Shown one piece after another: positions 18,449 through 27,394 of a stretch of DNA of 64,000 nucleotides. Origin of the DNA: Nitrospirota bacterium (GTDB lineage: Bacteria > Nitrospirota > Thermodesulfovibrionia > Thermodesulfovibrionales > JdFR-86); NCBI GenBank assembly GCA_963721805.1, contig CAVRJY010000002.1, forward strand, positions 512,001 through 576,000. Reading direction: 5' to 3'. The notes below the pieces were generated by a model, which was not told the origin of the DNA, did no database searches, and saw only the letters and a program-made list of their open reading frames with translations. Within the stretch, counting starts at the first letter, position 1. Each line of letters starts with the position of its first letter. The position numbers and the translations under genes were made by a program.

Positions 18449-20761
18449 CTACACCTTTATATTGATACCGCTCGGGGCCTGTTCCCCGATGCGCATGCCG
18501 TGTTTTTGTACGATATTCATCGCAGATACCCTTAAGCCCTGCGCGCTGAACCTCCTGGCCAGCTCGCCCGAGCCGCCTCTGATCGCGAGTTCGGTCTTGG
18601 GATCCTCGGCCAGCATCGAGAGGTAGATCGAGCCGCCGAAGGTGGTAACCGAGAACGATACCTTGCCGATAGGGTCCATATCGAGGCTGATGTCGCAGGT
18701 ATGAGAGGGGCGGCCCCCCTCGTTTTTCTTCCTGAATGTCAGCTCGCCGTCGCGGAGCTGCTCCCATGCGGCCGGGAAGAACATATTGAGCATGTTCTCG
18801 ACCTTCGAGGTCAGCTGGAAGAACTCGATGTTCCTGAGTATCTTCTCGACATTGGCGTTCATGTCCGCATTGCTGATCCCGTGGCTGCGCAGCAGCCTCA
18901 CCATCTCCGCGGTCTTGAGTTTTTCGGAGATCCCCAGCAGGGTCTCCTTCAGGTCCGGCCGCTGCTGCATGCGCGTTAGGCTCGTACGCATCGGCCCGGC
19001 CGGGAGCGGCTTGCCAGCAAGCAGGCGGGTGATCAGCGTGACCTCGTTGTCCGTGAGCCCGGCCGTTCTCAGGGACGAGCTCACGGCCGGCGTATCCAGC
19101 GCCTCTGCGAATTTCTCGATCAGCCCGCGTCGGAGCTGCCCGGCCTGCATCTGCGATATGAAGGCCATCGCGCTCTGGCTGGGGCCCGTGCGGCCTCCGA
19201 GGGCGTTTATCAGCACCGCTATCTCTGGCTCTGTGATGCCCTGAGATTTTAGGGCATCGATCACTCCCCCGGTGCTTAAGGCCTCGGCGAGCCTCGGCAG
19301 CACAGCGGCATACGGCCCATTGGTTAGCGAATTGAGGGCCGCGGACATATCCATGGCCGAACGCCCGCCGACGAACGAGCCTAACTTCCCGGCCAGCACG
19401 TTCATCACAAGCTCGATCTCGCTGCCCGAGACCCCGGCCGAGCGGTATGCGGACCCGATCTCCCGGTTGCCGACGGCCCTTATCATGGCAGCGATCACCT
19501 CGTCGCCCGGTTGGGTAGTGCCGCGAAGCACTTGCACCAGGAGGTCCATATGCTGGGTATTGAGCCTGAGCGAACCGAATGCCTGCTGCACGGACGGCTC
19601 CGTACCTGCCTCGACGAACCGCTCAATTGCAGCGTTAATAACAGACTGCCCTGAACCACCCGGCTGTGCAGCGACGCCCGGCTGTGCAGCGGCACCCGGC
19701 TGTGCAGCGGCGCCCGGCTGTGCAGTGACGCCCGGATGGACAGCGACACCCGGTTGGGCCGCGACGCCCGGTTGGGCTACGACACCCGGTTGGGCAGCGA
19801 CGCCCGGCTGTGCAGCGACTCCCGGCTGTGCAGCGACGCCCGGCTGTGCAGCGGCTCCCGGCTGTGCAGCGGCTCCCGGCCGGACAGTGACGCCCGGCTG
19901 GACAGTGACGCCCGGCTGGACAGTGACGCCCGGCTGGACAGCGACGCCCGGCTGGACAGCGACTCCCGGCTGTGCAGCGACTCCCGGCTGTGCAGCGACG
20001 CCCGGCTGTGCAGCGACGCCCGGCTGGACAGCGACGCCCGGTTGGACAGCGACTCCCGGCTGGACAGTGACGCCCGGTTGTGCAGCGACGCCCGGTTGTG
20101 CAGCGACGCCCGGTTGTGCAGCGACGCCCGGTTGTGCAGCGACACCCGGCTGAATTTGAGGTGAGAGGCCCTGAAGCACCGCGAGCTTAACCTTTGCCTC
20201 ATACATTATGCCCGAGCCCTCGACCGAGGCCCGGAGGCCGGCAGCATCAAGCCCCTCGGCTGGGGGCAGGGCGCGGTCTAAAGTGGCGAGTTCGGGGATA
20301 GCCGCGCGGATTGGAGCGGGCAGCGATTTTAGAACATGGATGGCCTGCGCCAGATCGGATGACGTCATCCGGGCATCGGAGAAACCGGCGAGCAGCTCTC
20401 TTGCAATGCCCTCGATGGCCGAGGGTTGTTCAGCCTCGGCCGTGGTGCCCAGAAACCTGAGCGCGACGCCTCCGCCTTCTCCCCCGGTAACCTCGAGGAG
20501 CACGGTCTGGCCCTTCGGGAGCGGCACCTGTGACGGGACGTTCAGAAACAGGTTGTCCTGCTGCAGACCGGGCTGGGCCTCGCCCTTGCCTGTAGGGAGG
20601 ATGACCTTTAGCGAGACGATCCCGTTGAGGATGTAATCCATGACTTCGGCCTTCAGCACGGTGCCGATTCGAAGGGAACTGGCTGCTGCGGGGGTGACGC
20701 TGGCGGCCGGAATGGTGAGCACCGTCCCGGGGTCCACGTATCCGCCTGTTACCGCTTCCAT
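18449..20761 (-). CDS. FliK-like protein (C-terminal T3S4-like domain) with internal hexapeptide repeat
   Basis: C-terminal LDMDPIGKVSFSV...LSMLAE...L...F.AQGL pattern; directly upstream of the flhB-like gene. May be a paralog rather than the main fliK. Confidence 0.7.
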   Translation of the reverse strand: MEAVTGGYVDPGTVLTIPAASVTPAAASSLRIGTVLKAEVMDYILNGIVSLKVILPTGKGEAQPGLQQDNLFLNVPSQVPLPKGQTVLLEVTGGEGGGVALRFLGTTAEAEQPSAIEGIARELLAGFSDARMTSSDLAQAIHVLKSLPAPIRAAIPELATLDRALPPAEGLDAAGLRASVEGSGIMYEAKVKLAVLQGLSPQIQPGVAAQPGVAAQPGVAAQPGVAAQPGVTVQPGVAVQPGVAVQPGVAAQPGVAAQPGVAAQPGVAVQPGVAVQPGVTVQPGVTVQPGVTVRPGAAAQPGAAAQPGVAAQPGVAAQPGVAAQPGVVAQPGVAAQPGVAVHPGVTAQPGAAAQPGAAAQPGVAAQPGGSGQSVINAAIERFVEAGTEPSVQQAFGSLRLNTQHMDLLVQVLRGTTQPGDEVIAAMIRAVGNREIGSAYRSAGVSGSEIELVMNVLAGKLGSFVGGRSAMDMSAALNSLTNGPYAAVLPRLAEALSTGGVIDALKSQGITEPEIAVLINALGGRTGPSQSAMAFISQMQAGQLRRGLIEKFAEALDTPAVSSSLRTAGLTDNEVTLITRLLAGKPLPAGPMRTSLTRMQQRPDLKETLLGISEKLKTAEMVRLLRSHGISNADMNANVEKILRNIEFFQLTSKVENMLNMFFPAAWEQLRDGELTFRKKNEGGRPSHTCDISLDMDPIGKVSFSVTTFGGSIYLSMLAEDPKTELAIRGGSGELARRFSAQGLRVSAMNIVQKHGMRIGEQAPSGINIKV
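19658..20152 (-). repeat. 18-bp coding tandem repeat (VNTR), 27.5 copies
   Basis: Plus-strand unit about GACGCCCGGCTGTGCAGC; encodes (Q/R/H)PG(V/A)(A/T/V)(A/V) x27 plus QPG. Confidence 0.97.
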
Positions 20762-20888
20762 CCCTGGCCTTTCAATATATATGACGCACCAAGGCACAAG
20801 GCCCCCCTCCCGGCCCATCCGGAACGGGGCTGATCGTGTCCAGCCGTCGCGTATATATTACCCCGCGCATCCTTGCGGGGGCGTAGTC

Positions 20889-21278
20889 TCAGTTCGGGCT
20901 TTCGGCTACGGCCTGCACGCCTATCATGAGCTTCGAATTGATTGCGAGCGGGCCCTCGAGGTTTGCGATGACCTCGTCGTTTTCGACCCTGAGTATGACG
21001 AGCAGCGCCAGGTCGTCGTCTTCTTCGAGCCTGAGCGCGCCCCTGGTCGTGCCGCCAATCTCGACCGCGAACTCTTTGATGAACTTCTGGGGCGGCGTCA
21101 CGATGAACGCTATGTCGGGGTCATCGACGCTCTGGAGCCACTTCAGCTCGGTGTCCTTGTAGTCGAGCAGCAGGTAGCGCTTCAGCGACGGGAAGCCGAG
21201 CAGACCTTCGTGGAAAGTGATGATCTTCCGTTCGTCGACGCCGAGGGTGCCGAACCTGGAGGTGGTGATAGAAATCAT
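20889..21278 (-). CDS. fliW: Flagellar assembly factor / CsrA antagonist
   Basis: TSRFG, IITFHEGLLGF, WLQS.DDP.IAF.V, ANL.GP..IN; ATG overlaps the csrA stop. Confidence 0.93.
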   Translation of the reverse strand: MISITTSRFGTLGVDERKIITFHEGLLGFPSLKRYLLLDYKDTELKWLQSVDDPDIAFIVTPPQKFIKEFAVEIGGTTRGALRLEEDDDLALLVILRVENDEVIANLEGPLAINSKLMIGVQAVAESPN

Positions 21279-21505
21279 CTCTTCCCCATCGCCTCCTTCA
21301 GTTTCGAGAAGGCATCCATGGAGGAGGAGGCCGCCAGGCGGTTTTCCTGCTTGACCCTCTCGTATATCTCCCCGCGGTGTATGACCACGCTCGGCGGGGC
21401 CTTGATCCCGATCCTCACATGGCCCCCCTTGATCTCCACTATCGAGACGACAATGTCCTCTCCGATGCGGATCTCCTCGCCGAGTTTCCTTGTCAGGACA
21501 AGCAT
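21275..21505 (-). CDS. csrA: Carbon storage regulator with FliW-type C-terminal extension
   Basis: MLVLTRKLGEEIRIG...VRIGIKAP.SV.IHRGEIYERVKQENRLA. Confidence 0.97.
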   Translation of the reverse strand: MLVLTRKLGEEIRIGEDIVVSIVEIKGGHVRIGIKAPPSVVIHRGEIYERVKQENRLAASSSMDAFSKLKEAMGKR

Positions 21506-21566
21506 GCAGCCTCCGTCGCACCCGATTTTCCGTAAGCCGCTCTATCATAACATTTCACCCTCGGCT

Positions 21567-22454
21567 TTACTTGATGAAATCCAGGAGGCTTTGGTTGATT
21601 ATCTTTCCGGCCGACTGCTGCATGGCGGTAAGCGCGATTTGCGTCTTGTTGAGCGACGACGCCGTTGTGGCGTAGTCCGCGTCCTGGACGCCGGACAGCT
21701 GCGTCTGTAGCGTGAGCTGCGTGTTGCTTATGCGTGTCTTAAGGCCGTCGAGACTGCTGAGCCTCGAGCCGATCAGAGAGTTGACTTCGCTGACGTGAGT
21801 GCTGGCCGCGTCTATCCTGTCGAGGGAGGCCTTGATGGTCGTAGTGTCGTTGTTCGTCAGGGCCGTCTGCAGGTTGTCGAGCATGCCGAATATGTTGCCC
21901 TGACCGTCGAAGCCGTCGAATACCTGGCTGCCCGGTACGGTGGTGTCGACATAGGTGTTGTTTTCGACAAGCACCTTCTTGACGTTCGAGTCGCCCTGAT
22001 ATGTGCCGGTCGCAGGATCGTACGCAGGGGTGCCGGTCTTGAATCCGGAGAAAATATAGTTGCCTTCGTACTGGCTGTTGGCTACGTTCATCAGAAACTC
22101 GCGGTCGTTTTTCACTTCCTCGGAGATCGAGGCGCGGTCGTCGGCCGACAGCGTCCCGTTGGCCGCCTGCACGGTGAGTTCCTGTATGCGCGACAGCGTA
22201 TCGGAGACGTTCTGGACGAGCCCCGACGCATACGAGAGCTTGCCGGTGGCGTCGTTGACGTTGTTCAGATACTGGGATCCGGCGTTGATCGAGACCTGGT
22301 AGTCCTGCGCCTCCGAGTAGCCGACCACGTCGTCGGAGGGCTTGGTGAATTTATTGCCGCTTGAGAGCTGGCTGTATAGGTCGTTCATGTTCTGAAGGCT
22401 GCTTTGATAGCTCGTCAGAACCTGATCATAGATCATGCTTTGCGTTACTCTCAT
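21567..22454 (-). CDS. flgL: Hook-associated protein 3
   Basis: MRVT, QLSSG.K..KPSDD, G.YIFSG, SLLDFIK. Confidence 0.95.
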   Translation of the reverse strand: MRVTQSMIYDQVLTSYQSSLQNMNDLYSQLSSGNKFTKPSDDVVGYSEAQDYQVSINAGSQYLNNVNDATGKLSYASGLVQNVSDTLSRIQELTVQAANGTLSADDRASISEEVKNDREFLMNVANSQYEGNYIFSGFKTGTPAYDPATGTYQGDSNVKKVLVENNTYVDTTVPGSQVFDGFDGQGNIFGMLDNLQTALTNNDTTTIKASLDRIDAASTHVSEVNSLIGSRLSSLDGLKTRISNTQLTLQTQLSGVQDADYATTASSLNKTQIALTAMQQSAGKIINQSLLDFIK

Positions 22455-22480
22455 TTTGGTCCTCCTATGTCAAGCCCTGA

Positions 22481-24274
22481 TTATGTTCCAGACCCAAGCG
22501 AGATCACGGTCTGCATGAGCAGGTCCGCGACTGTGATTATGCGGGCCGAGGCCTGGTATGCACGCTGGTACTTTTCCAGGTTCACGGCCTCTTCGTCGAT
22601 CGATACAGCGCTTATCTGATCGCGCCTGTTTTGAAGGTCGCTTTGCAGGGTAGCGTCAAAGGTGCTGGCGTTGTTTGCGGAGGCGGCAGCAGTTCCTATC
22701 TTCGACACGATGGAACTGTAGTACTTGGAGAGCGTGCCATTCTGTCCGCCTATGCTCAGGCTCGCAGTCTGGAGGTTCGCTATCGCGAGGGCGTTGATGT
22801 TGTTGCCCGGCCCGTTGTCGAGCGTGAGGCTGACGGAGGTCGAGGCCGTGCCGCTGCCGGTTGAGTTGTCGTCGAGTGTCGCTGTGCTGCCGAGCGTGCC
22901 GGTGGCAGGGGTGACCGTGACCGAGGTGCCGGTGGCAGGGTTCGATCCGCCCCACCCGGTGATCGAGATCGGTACGGCGCCGCTTGCCGGGTTTGCGAGA
23001 ATGGCGGTGACGTTTCCGTTTCCGTCGTCTGCGAACGTATAGCCCTGAAGCGTCCCGTTGTTGGTCTGTTCGGTATGGAGCGCGTTATAAAACGCTGTGG
23101 CGTCGCCGGTCGCGGAGCCTGTCCCGGTGTAAGAAAGCGATATGCCGTCTATGGTGAAGTTTACCGTCTCGCCGGGGTCCGAGGTGAAGCCGCTGAACGT
23201 GGCCCCAACATTAGACGCCGGCAGCGACGCGGCGATCTGTGAGGGGTCCGTGATGGCCAGCCTCATGTTATTTATTATGTTTGCCGGATCGACGGCGGAT
23301 GACGAGGGGGTGAAGAAGTCGCGGCCGGTGACGCCGTCGAGCCCGTAGCCCTGTCTGTGCTGCGCGTTAACGTTGTCGACTATCGAAGCCATGAGGTTTC
23401 TGAGCGGATCTATAGCGTTTGAGCGTACGGAGGCCCTGAGGGCTGTGTCTCCCGCAACGCTCCCCTGCGTAATATATTGCTCTATCTGGGAGTTGCCCAC
23501 AAAGTAATGGACGTCCTGGTTGGCGTCGGTCTGCGTCGTGATCTGTCTCGATATGTTTCCGTCGACGAGGTTCTGTCGGCCGACGATGACCGTAATCTGG
23601 CCGGTAGTACTGTTTGTCACGGTGTTGAAATTTACGTATTTTGCGAGCTGCGTCAAGTCGTTGTCACGCTGGTCGAGCAGGGTGCTTGCTTTGCTCGGTC
23701 CTCCGGCGGTCGATATCTTGGCGTTTAGGTCAGCGATGTCTTTCGTCAGCGAATTTATCCCGGTAGCGGTGCTGGTCAGGTCGTTGTTGGCATTGGTTAT
23801 TATGGTTTCAAGGGAACTCTGCATCTGCTGGGCATTGCCGATGAGGTCGTTGGCGTTCTGCATGAGCACAGTGCGCTGAGAAATGTCCTCGGGATTGTTA
23901 ACCACGTTATTCCATGAAGTGAAAAAGGCGTTCAGCGAACTTGACAGCCCGGCCCCGGCAGCATCGTTAAAGACCTGCTCGGCCTGGCCGAGCCCGCCTG
24001 AAATCGAACTGGACGTCGCGGCGGTGGACGTCTGTGTAAGGAGCTGGTTATTTAAAAGCGCGTCGTAATCGCGCTTTATGCCCGTGGCGCTCACGCCGGT
24101 GCCGACCTGCCCGATTACCCCGTAGTTTGAAGGGGTTAGAGGGGTGAGCTCGACCTCCTCGCGGGAGTAGTTTGGAGTGTTTACGTTGTTTATGTTGTTT
24201 GCGCTGACAGTAAGGGCCAGCTGGCTGGTATTAACGCCGGTCAGGCCTGTATTAAAAAGCCCCTGTATGGACAT
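22481..24274 (-). CDS. flgK: Hook-associated protein 1
   Basis: NNI.N.NTP.YSR, LLDQRD, VSIDEEAVNL..YQRAYQASAR. Confidence 0.95.
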   Translation of the reverse strand: MSIQGLFNTGLTGVNTSQLALTVSANNINNVNTPNYSREEVELTPLTPSNYGVIGQVGTGVSATGIKRDYDALLNNQLLTQTSTAATSSSISGGLGQAEQVFNDAAGAGLSSSLNAFFTSWNNVVNNPEDISQRTVLMQNANDLIGNAQQMQSSLETIITNANNDLTSTATGINSLTKDIADLNAKISTAGGPSKASTLLDQRDNDLTQLAKYVNFNTVTNSTTGQITVIVGRQNLVDGNISRQITTQTDANQDVHYFVGNSQIEQYITQGSVAGDTALRASVRSNAIDPLRNLMASIVDNVNAQHRQGYGLDGVTGRDFFTPSSSAVDPANIINNMRLAITDPSQIAASLPASNVGATFSGFTSDPGETVNFTIDGISLSYTGTGSATGDATAFYNALHTEQTNNGTLQGYTFADDGNGNVTAILANPASGAVPISITGWGGSNPATGTSVTVTPATGTLGSTATLDDNSTGSGTASTSVSLTLDNGPGNNINALAIANLQTASLSIGGQNGTLSKYYSSIVSKIGTAAASANNASTFDATLQSDLQNRRDQISAVSIDEEAVNLEKYQRAYQASARIITVADLLMQTVISLGSGT

Positions 24275-24742
24275 CTAGGTCTCCTTCGACAGCAGTCTGC
24301 CGGGCCTGTCTGCGGACACGGTCGCTATGCCTAGGGATTCAAAGAACCTCGTGGAATTCCTCACATAGCGGAGGGAACGCTCTATCAGAACTTTGTTGAC
24401 AGAGTTAAGTTCGCTGCATGCCTGCACGATGCTCATGAGCATGGAGCGCTGGGCCTCGAGGGCTGCGTCGCCCGTATGCTCGGCGATGCGCCTTAAGCTC
24501 ACAGGGGACTGCATGCACGCCTCGGGGTGCTCGTGGGCGAACTTCGAGGTCAGCCTGGCCCGTTCCTCCTCAAGGAGCCTGATCCGCATCAGCGCGGTGT
24601 CCTTGCGCTTCGAGAGCTCCTCGACCGCCGATGCGTCGAGGTCGTGGAGGCTCTGGCGCTCCGCCTCCAGCAGGTCCCTCAGCGTCAGGTAGCTGCCGGT
24701 CAGGTCGGAGAGGATCCTGGCTATGGCCCCGGTCCCGTTCAT
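24275..24742 (-). CDS. flgN: Flagellar export chaperone
   Basis: L..E...L, K...L..I..LE.ER, ELN.VN..LI; between flgM and flgK. Confidence 0.88.
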   Translation of the reverse strand: MNGTGAIARILSDLTGSYLTLRDLLEAERQSLHDLDASAVEELSKRKDTALMRIRLLEEERARLTSKFAHEHPEACMQSPVSLRRIAEHTGDAALEAQRSMLMSIVQACSELNSVNKVLIERSLRYVRNSTRFFESLGIATVSADRPGRLLSKET

Positions 24743-25047
24743 ATTATCTCGTCAAGGATCTTTCCCGCGAGTTTTTCGGCATCCACGCTGTAGCTGCCGT
24801 CCTGGATCGACTGCCTCAGCTCCGCGACCTTTTCGGTGCGCACCTCAGGCTGCGCCGAGATCAGCCCGAGCAGTTCGGAGACCCCTTTGCTCTTGCCCGA
24901 TACGTTTACCTTGTCAGCGCTGGCGGCCTTCTTCTCGTCCGGGGCCTTGTTGCCCTCGGCCTTCTTTCGCTCCACGCGGCTGAGCCCAGTTGCCTGGACC
25001 TGATTGACCTCCGGCGGTATCCCATCTATGTTGCTCATATGGCTCAC
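24739..25047 (-). CDS. flgM: Anti-sigma28 factor
   Basis: DKVNVS, PEVRTEKVAELRQSI.DGSYSVD..KLA.KI. Confidence 0.93.
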   Translation of the reverse strand: MSHMSNIDGIPPEVNQVQATGLSRVERKKAEGNKAPDEKKAASADKVNVSGKSKGVSELLGLISAQPEVRTEKVAELRQSIQDGSYSVDAEKLAGKILDEII

Positions 25048-25568
25048 CTCCTTGAGAGTTTCTTGAGACTCTCATCGGCAGATGGGCCCGAAAACTTTAA
25101 TGCGTGTTGAGTGTATGGATTATTATTCTTTATTTCCGCTAGGTTATATGCTTTAGGTGGCCCGTTTACGGTATGGTTTACTGTATCAGGCTGTGGTGCC
25201 GGATGCCCTGTGGGGGGCGAACCTGCCGCGGCTGTGTCTGGAGTTAACGGGCCATGTACCGTTGAGGTACCGGCGGCTGCCGCTGCGCGCGCCTCCTCGG
25301 ATTTCTTTTCGTATTTCATCATGCCCTTGAGGATTATGTCCTGAAGCCCGATGCCCCGCTTCGCGACCGAGTGGGCGACCTCCATGTCGAACATCGAGGC
25401 GTAGGTGTCCGAGCCAGTGCCCTTTCCGAAGAACTCTCCGCTCGTGGTCTTGCGCATCTCCTTGAGCATCTCGTAGACGAACTGGGCCTCCATCTCCTCG
25501 GCCGTCTTATGCATGGCCTTGGTCCGGTCCTTTTCGCCCTGGAGACTCATGATCTGCGGGATTTCCAT
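25044..25568 (-). CDS. flgJ: Rod-binding-domain-only FlgJ
   Basis: A.EMEAQFV.EMLKEMRKT, Y.SMFD.EVA, GIGL; no muramidase domain. Confidence 0.85.
   Translation of the reverse strand: MEIPQIMSLQGEKDRTKAMHKTAEEMEAQFVYEMLKEMRKTTSGEFFGKGTGSDTYASMFDMEVAHSVAKRGIGLQDIILKGMMKYEKKSEEARAAAAAGTSTVHGPLTPDTAAAGSPPTGHPAPQPDTVNHTVNGPPKAYNLAEIKNNNPYTQHALKFSGPSADESLKKLSRR
25072..25099 (-). promoter_or_regulatory. Sigma28 promoter for flgM, inside the flgJ 3' end
   Basis: TAAA-16 nt-GCCGATGA; same TAAAGTTTT and same spacing as the fliC promoter. Confidence 0.85.
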
Positions 25569-26692
25569 TACATGATCTCCAGGTCGGCCTTGAGCGCCCC
25601 GGAGGTCTTGAGGGCCTGCAGAATGGCGACCAGGTCCCTGGGCGTGACGCCGAGGGCGTTTAGGGCCTTTACAACTTCCCCGAGTGTTACGCCATAGACC
25701 TCGACGAGTCCCTTCGAGGTGTCCTCCTTGGCCGTAACCGTACGGTCGGGTGTGACGATGGTCTGCGCCCCCTGAGGTGCGAATGGCGGGGGCTGAGATA
25801 CGTTGTAGCTCGTCTTGACCTCGATGGTCAGGTTGCCGTGCGCGATGGCCACGGGCGAGAGCTTCACGTTGTTGCCGATTATGACCGTGCCGGTGCGCTC
25901 GTTGATGATAACGCGCGCCGGGATGTCCACGACTACGTCGACGGTCTCGATCTTCGCGATCATCTCAACAAGCCTGTCTTTGTACTCGTCGGGCACCGTG
26001 ATGCTGATCGAAGAGGGGTCCTGCGCGATGGCGATCTGGGCGTTGAATTCCCTGTTGATCGCCTCGGCCGCAGACATCGCGGTGGTGAAATCCTCCCTGT
26101 GCAGGAAGAGCTTCATCTTCCCGTCGGCGCCGCCGAGGACGAACGGCGGCTCCGTCTCTATGATCGCCCCCTGAGGGACGTTGCCAACGGTAGTGTGATT
26201 TTTCTGGACGGTCGTGCCGCCGCCGCCGCCCAGGAACCCGCCTATCGAGACCGGCCCCTGCCCAACGGCGTATACGCGGCCGTCCGGGCCCTTAAGCTGG
26301 GTCATCAGCAGGGTGCCGCCTTCGAGGCTCGACGCATCGCCCATGGTGGAGACGAGGGCGTCGATGCGCGTGCCGGCCTTCGGAAACGGAGGCAGCGTGG
26401 CCGTGACGATTACTGCCGCGGTGTTCTTTGAGGCTATGTCGACCGGGTTGACCGTGAGCCCGAGCCTTTGAAGCATGTTGGCGAGGCTCTTCTCGGTCGA
26501 GATGCCCTTGTCTCCGGTGCCCTTCAGACCGACGACCAGCCCGTAGCCCATGATCTGGTTGTCCCGCACGCCCTCAAACGAGGCCACGTCCTTTATCCTC
26601 TCGGCCCGCGCCGAGCCCGGAGATATCAGGGCCGCCGCTGTGAGGGCGAATACAACCAATAATATATAATATCTTCTCATCAGAAGGGCCAC
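25568..26692 (-). CDS. flgI: Flagellar P-ring protein
   Basis: RIKD, GVRDNQ.MGYGLVVGL.GTGD, SLEGGTLL.T.L, INERTGT. Confidence 0.97.
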   Translation of the reverse strand: MALLMRRYYILLVVFALTAAALISPGSARAERIKDVASFEGVRDNQIMGYGLVVGLKGTGDKGISTEKSLANMLQRLGLTVNPVDIASKNTAAVIVTATLPPFPKAGTRIDALVSTMGDASSLEGGTLLMTQLKGPDGRVYAVGQGPVSIGGFLGGGGGTTVQKNHTTVGNVPQGAIIETEPPFVLGGADGKMKLFLHREDFTTAMSAAEAINREFNAQIAIAQDPSSISITVPDEYKDRLVEMIAKIETVDVVVDIPARVIINERTGTVIIGNNVKLSPVAIAHGNLTIEVKTSYNVSQPPPFAPQGAQTIVTPDRTVTAKEDTSKGLVEVYGVTLGEVVKALNALGVTPRDLVAILQALKTSGALKADLEIM

Positions 26693-27393
26693 ACCTTGTC
26701 CATCAGCCTGACCATCCAGCCCGGTCCCTGCTTGTCAGCGAGCACGCCCTGGCCGGTGTAGAATATCTGGGCCTCGGCGACGTAGTTGCTGGAGATGCTG
26801 TTGTCGCTCTGGATGTCCTCGGGCCTGATGAGCCCCTTGAGAATGAGGATCTGCTCTTCGTTGTTGACGGTCATCTCCTTGCGCGACTCGATCACGAGGT
26901 TCCCGTTGGGCAGGACCTCGACGACCTTGGCGGTGATCGTGGCGTTCAGCGCGCCGGAGCGGATGGTCGTGCCCTTTCCGTCGTAGGCGTCGCCTACGTT
27001 GGCCGATACGTTCGGGGTGAAGCCCTTGCCCTTTCCAAACAGGTTGGTCAGGCCCAGGTCCAGCGGGATGCCGAAGAGCGTGCTGATGCCTGCGTTGTAT
27101 GAGGAATCGCGCGTGGTCTTGGTCTCGGCGTCCTTTGTCGCGGCCGCGTTTTCGACGATCTTGATCGTCACGAGGTCGTTGACGTCGTGGGCCTTTACGT
27201 CGCTGAACAGGCCCTTGCCCGATGCGCGCCACAGGCTGTTTTTGGTCACCGGCGTGTTATCGACATCGGCCCTGGTTACCGGCTGGATGTATTTCGGGGG
27301 ATAGGCAGGCATGCTGCTTACCGCTATCCCGTTGCAGGCCGTGACGAGCCCCAGAAGAAGGAAGGCGAATGTGGCGATGAATTTGCGTTTCAT
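26680..27393 (-). CDS. flgH: Flagellar L-ring lipoprotein
   Basis: Lipobox VTAC, LFSD.KA, VVEVLPNGNL, G.IRPEDI, WPF end. Confidence 0.97.
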   Translation of the reverse strand: MKRKFIATFAFLLLGLVTACNGIAVSSMPAYPPKYIQPVTRADVDNTPVTKNSLWRASGKGLFSDVKAHDVNDLVTIKIVENAAATKDAETKTTRDSSYNAGISTLFGIPLDLGLTNLFGKGKGFTPNVSANVGDAYDGKGTTIRSGALNATITAKVVEVLPNGNLVIESRKEMTVNNEEQILILKGLIRPEDIQSDNSISSNYVAEAQIFYTGQGVLADKQGPGWMVRLMDKVWPF

Positions 27394-27394
27394 A

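Noticed and set aside
19658..20152. Repeat array as a CRISPR
   Set aside because: Contiguous 18-bp units with no unique spacers, in frame in a CDS, and no cas genes in the window.
19272..20153. Plus-strand 293-aa ORF with PGCAAT repeats, and other alternative-frame repeat ORFs
   Set aside because: Shadow frames of the stop-free VNTR inside the fliK-like gene.
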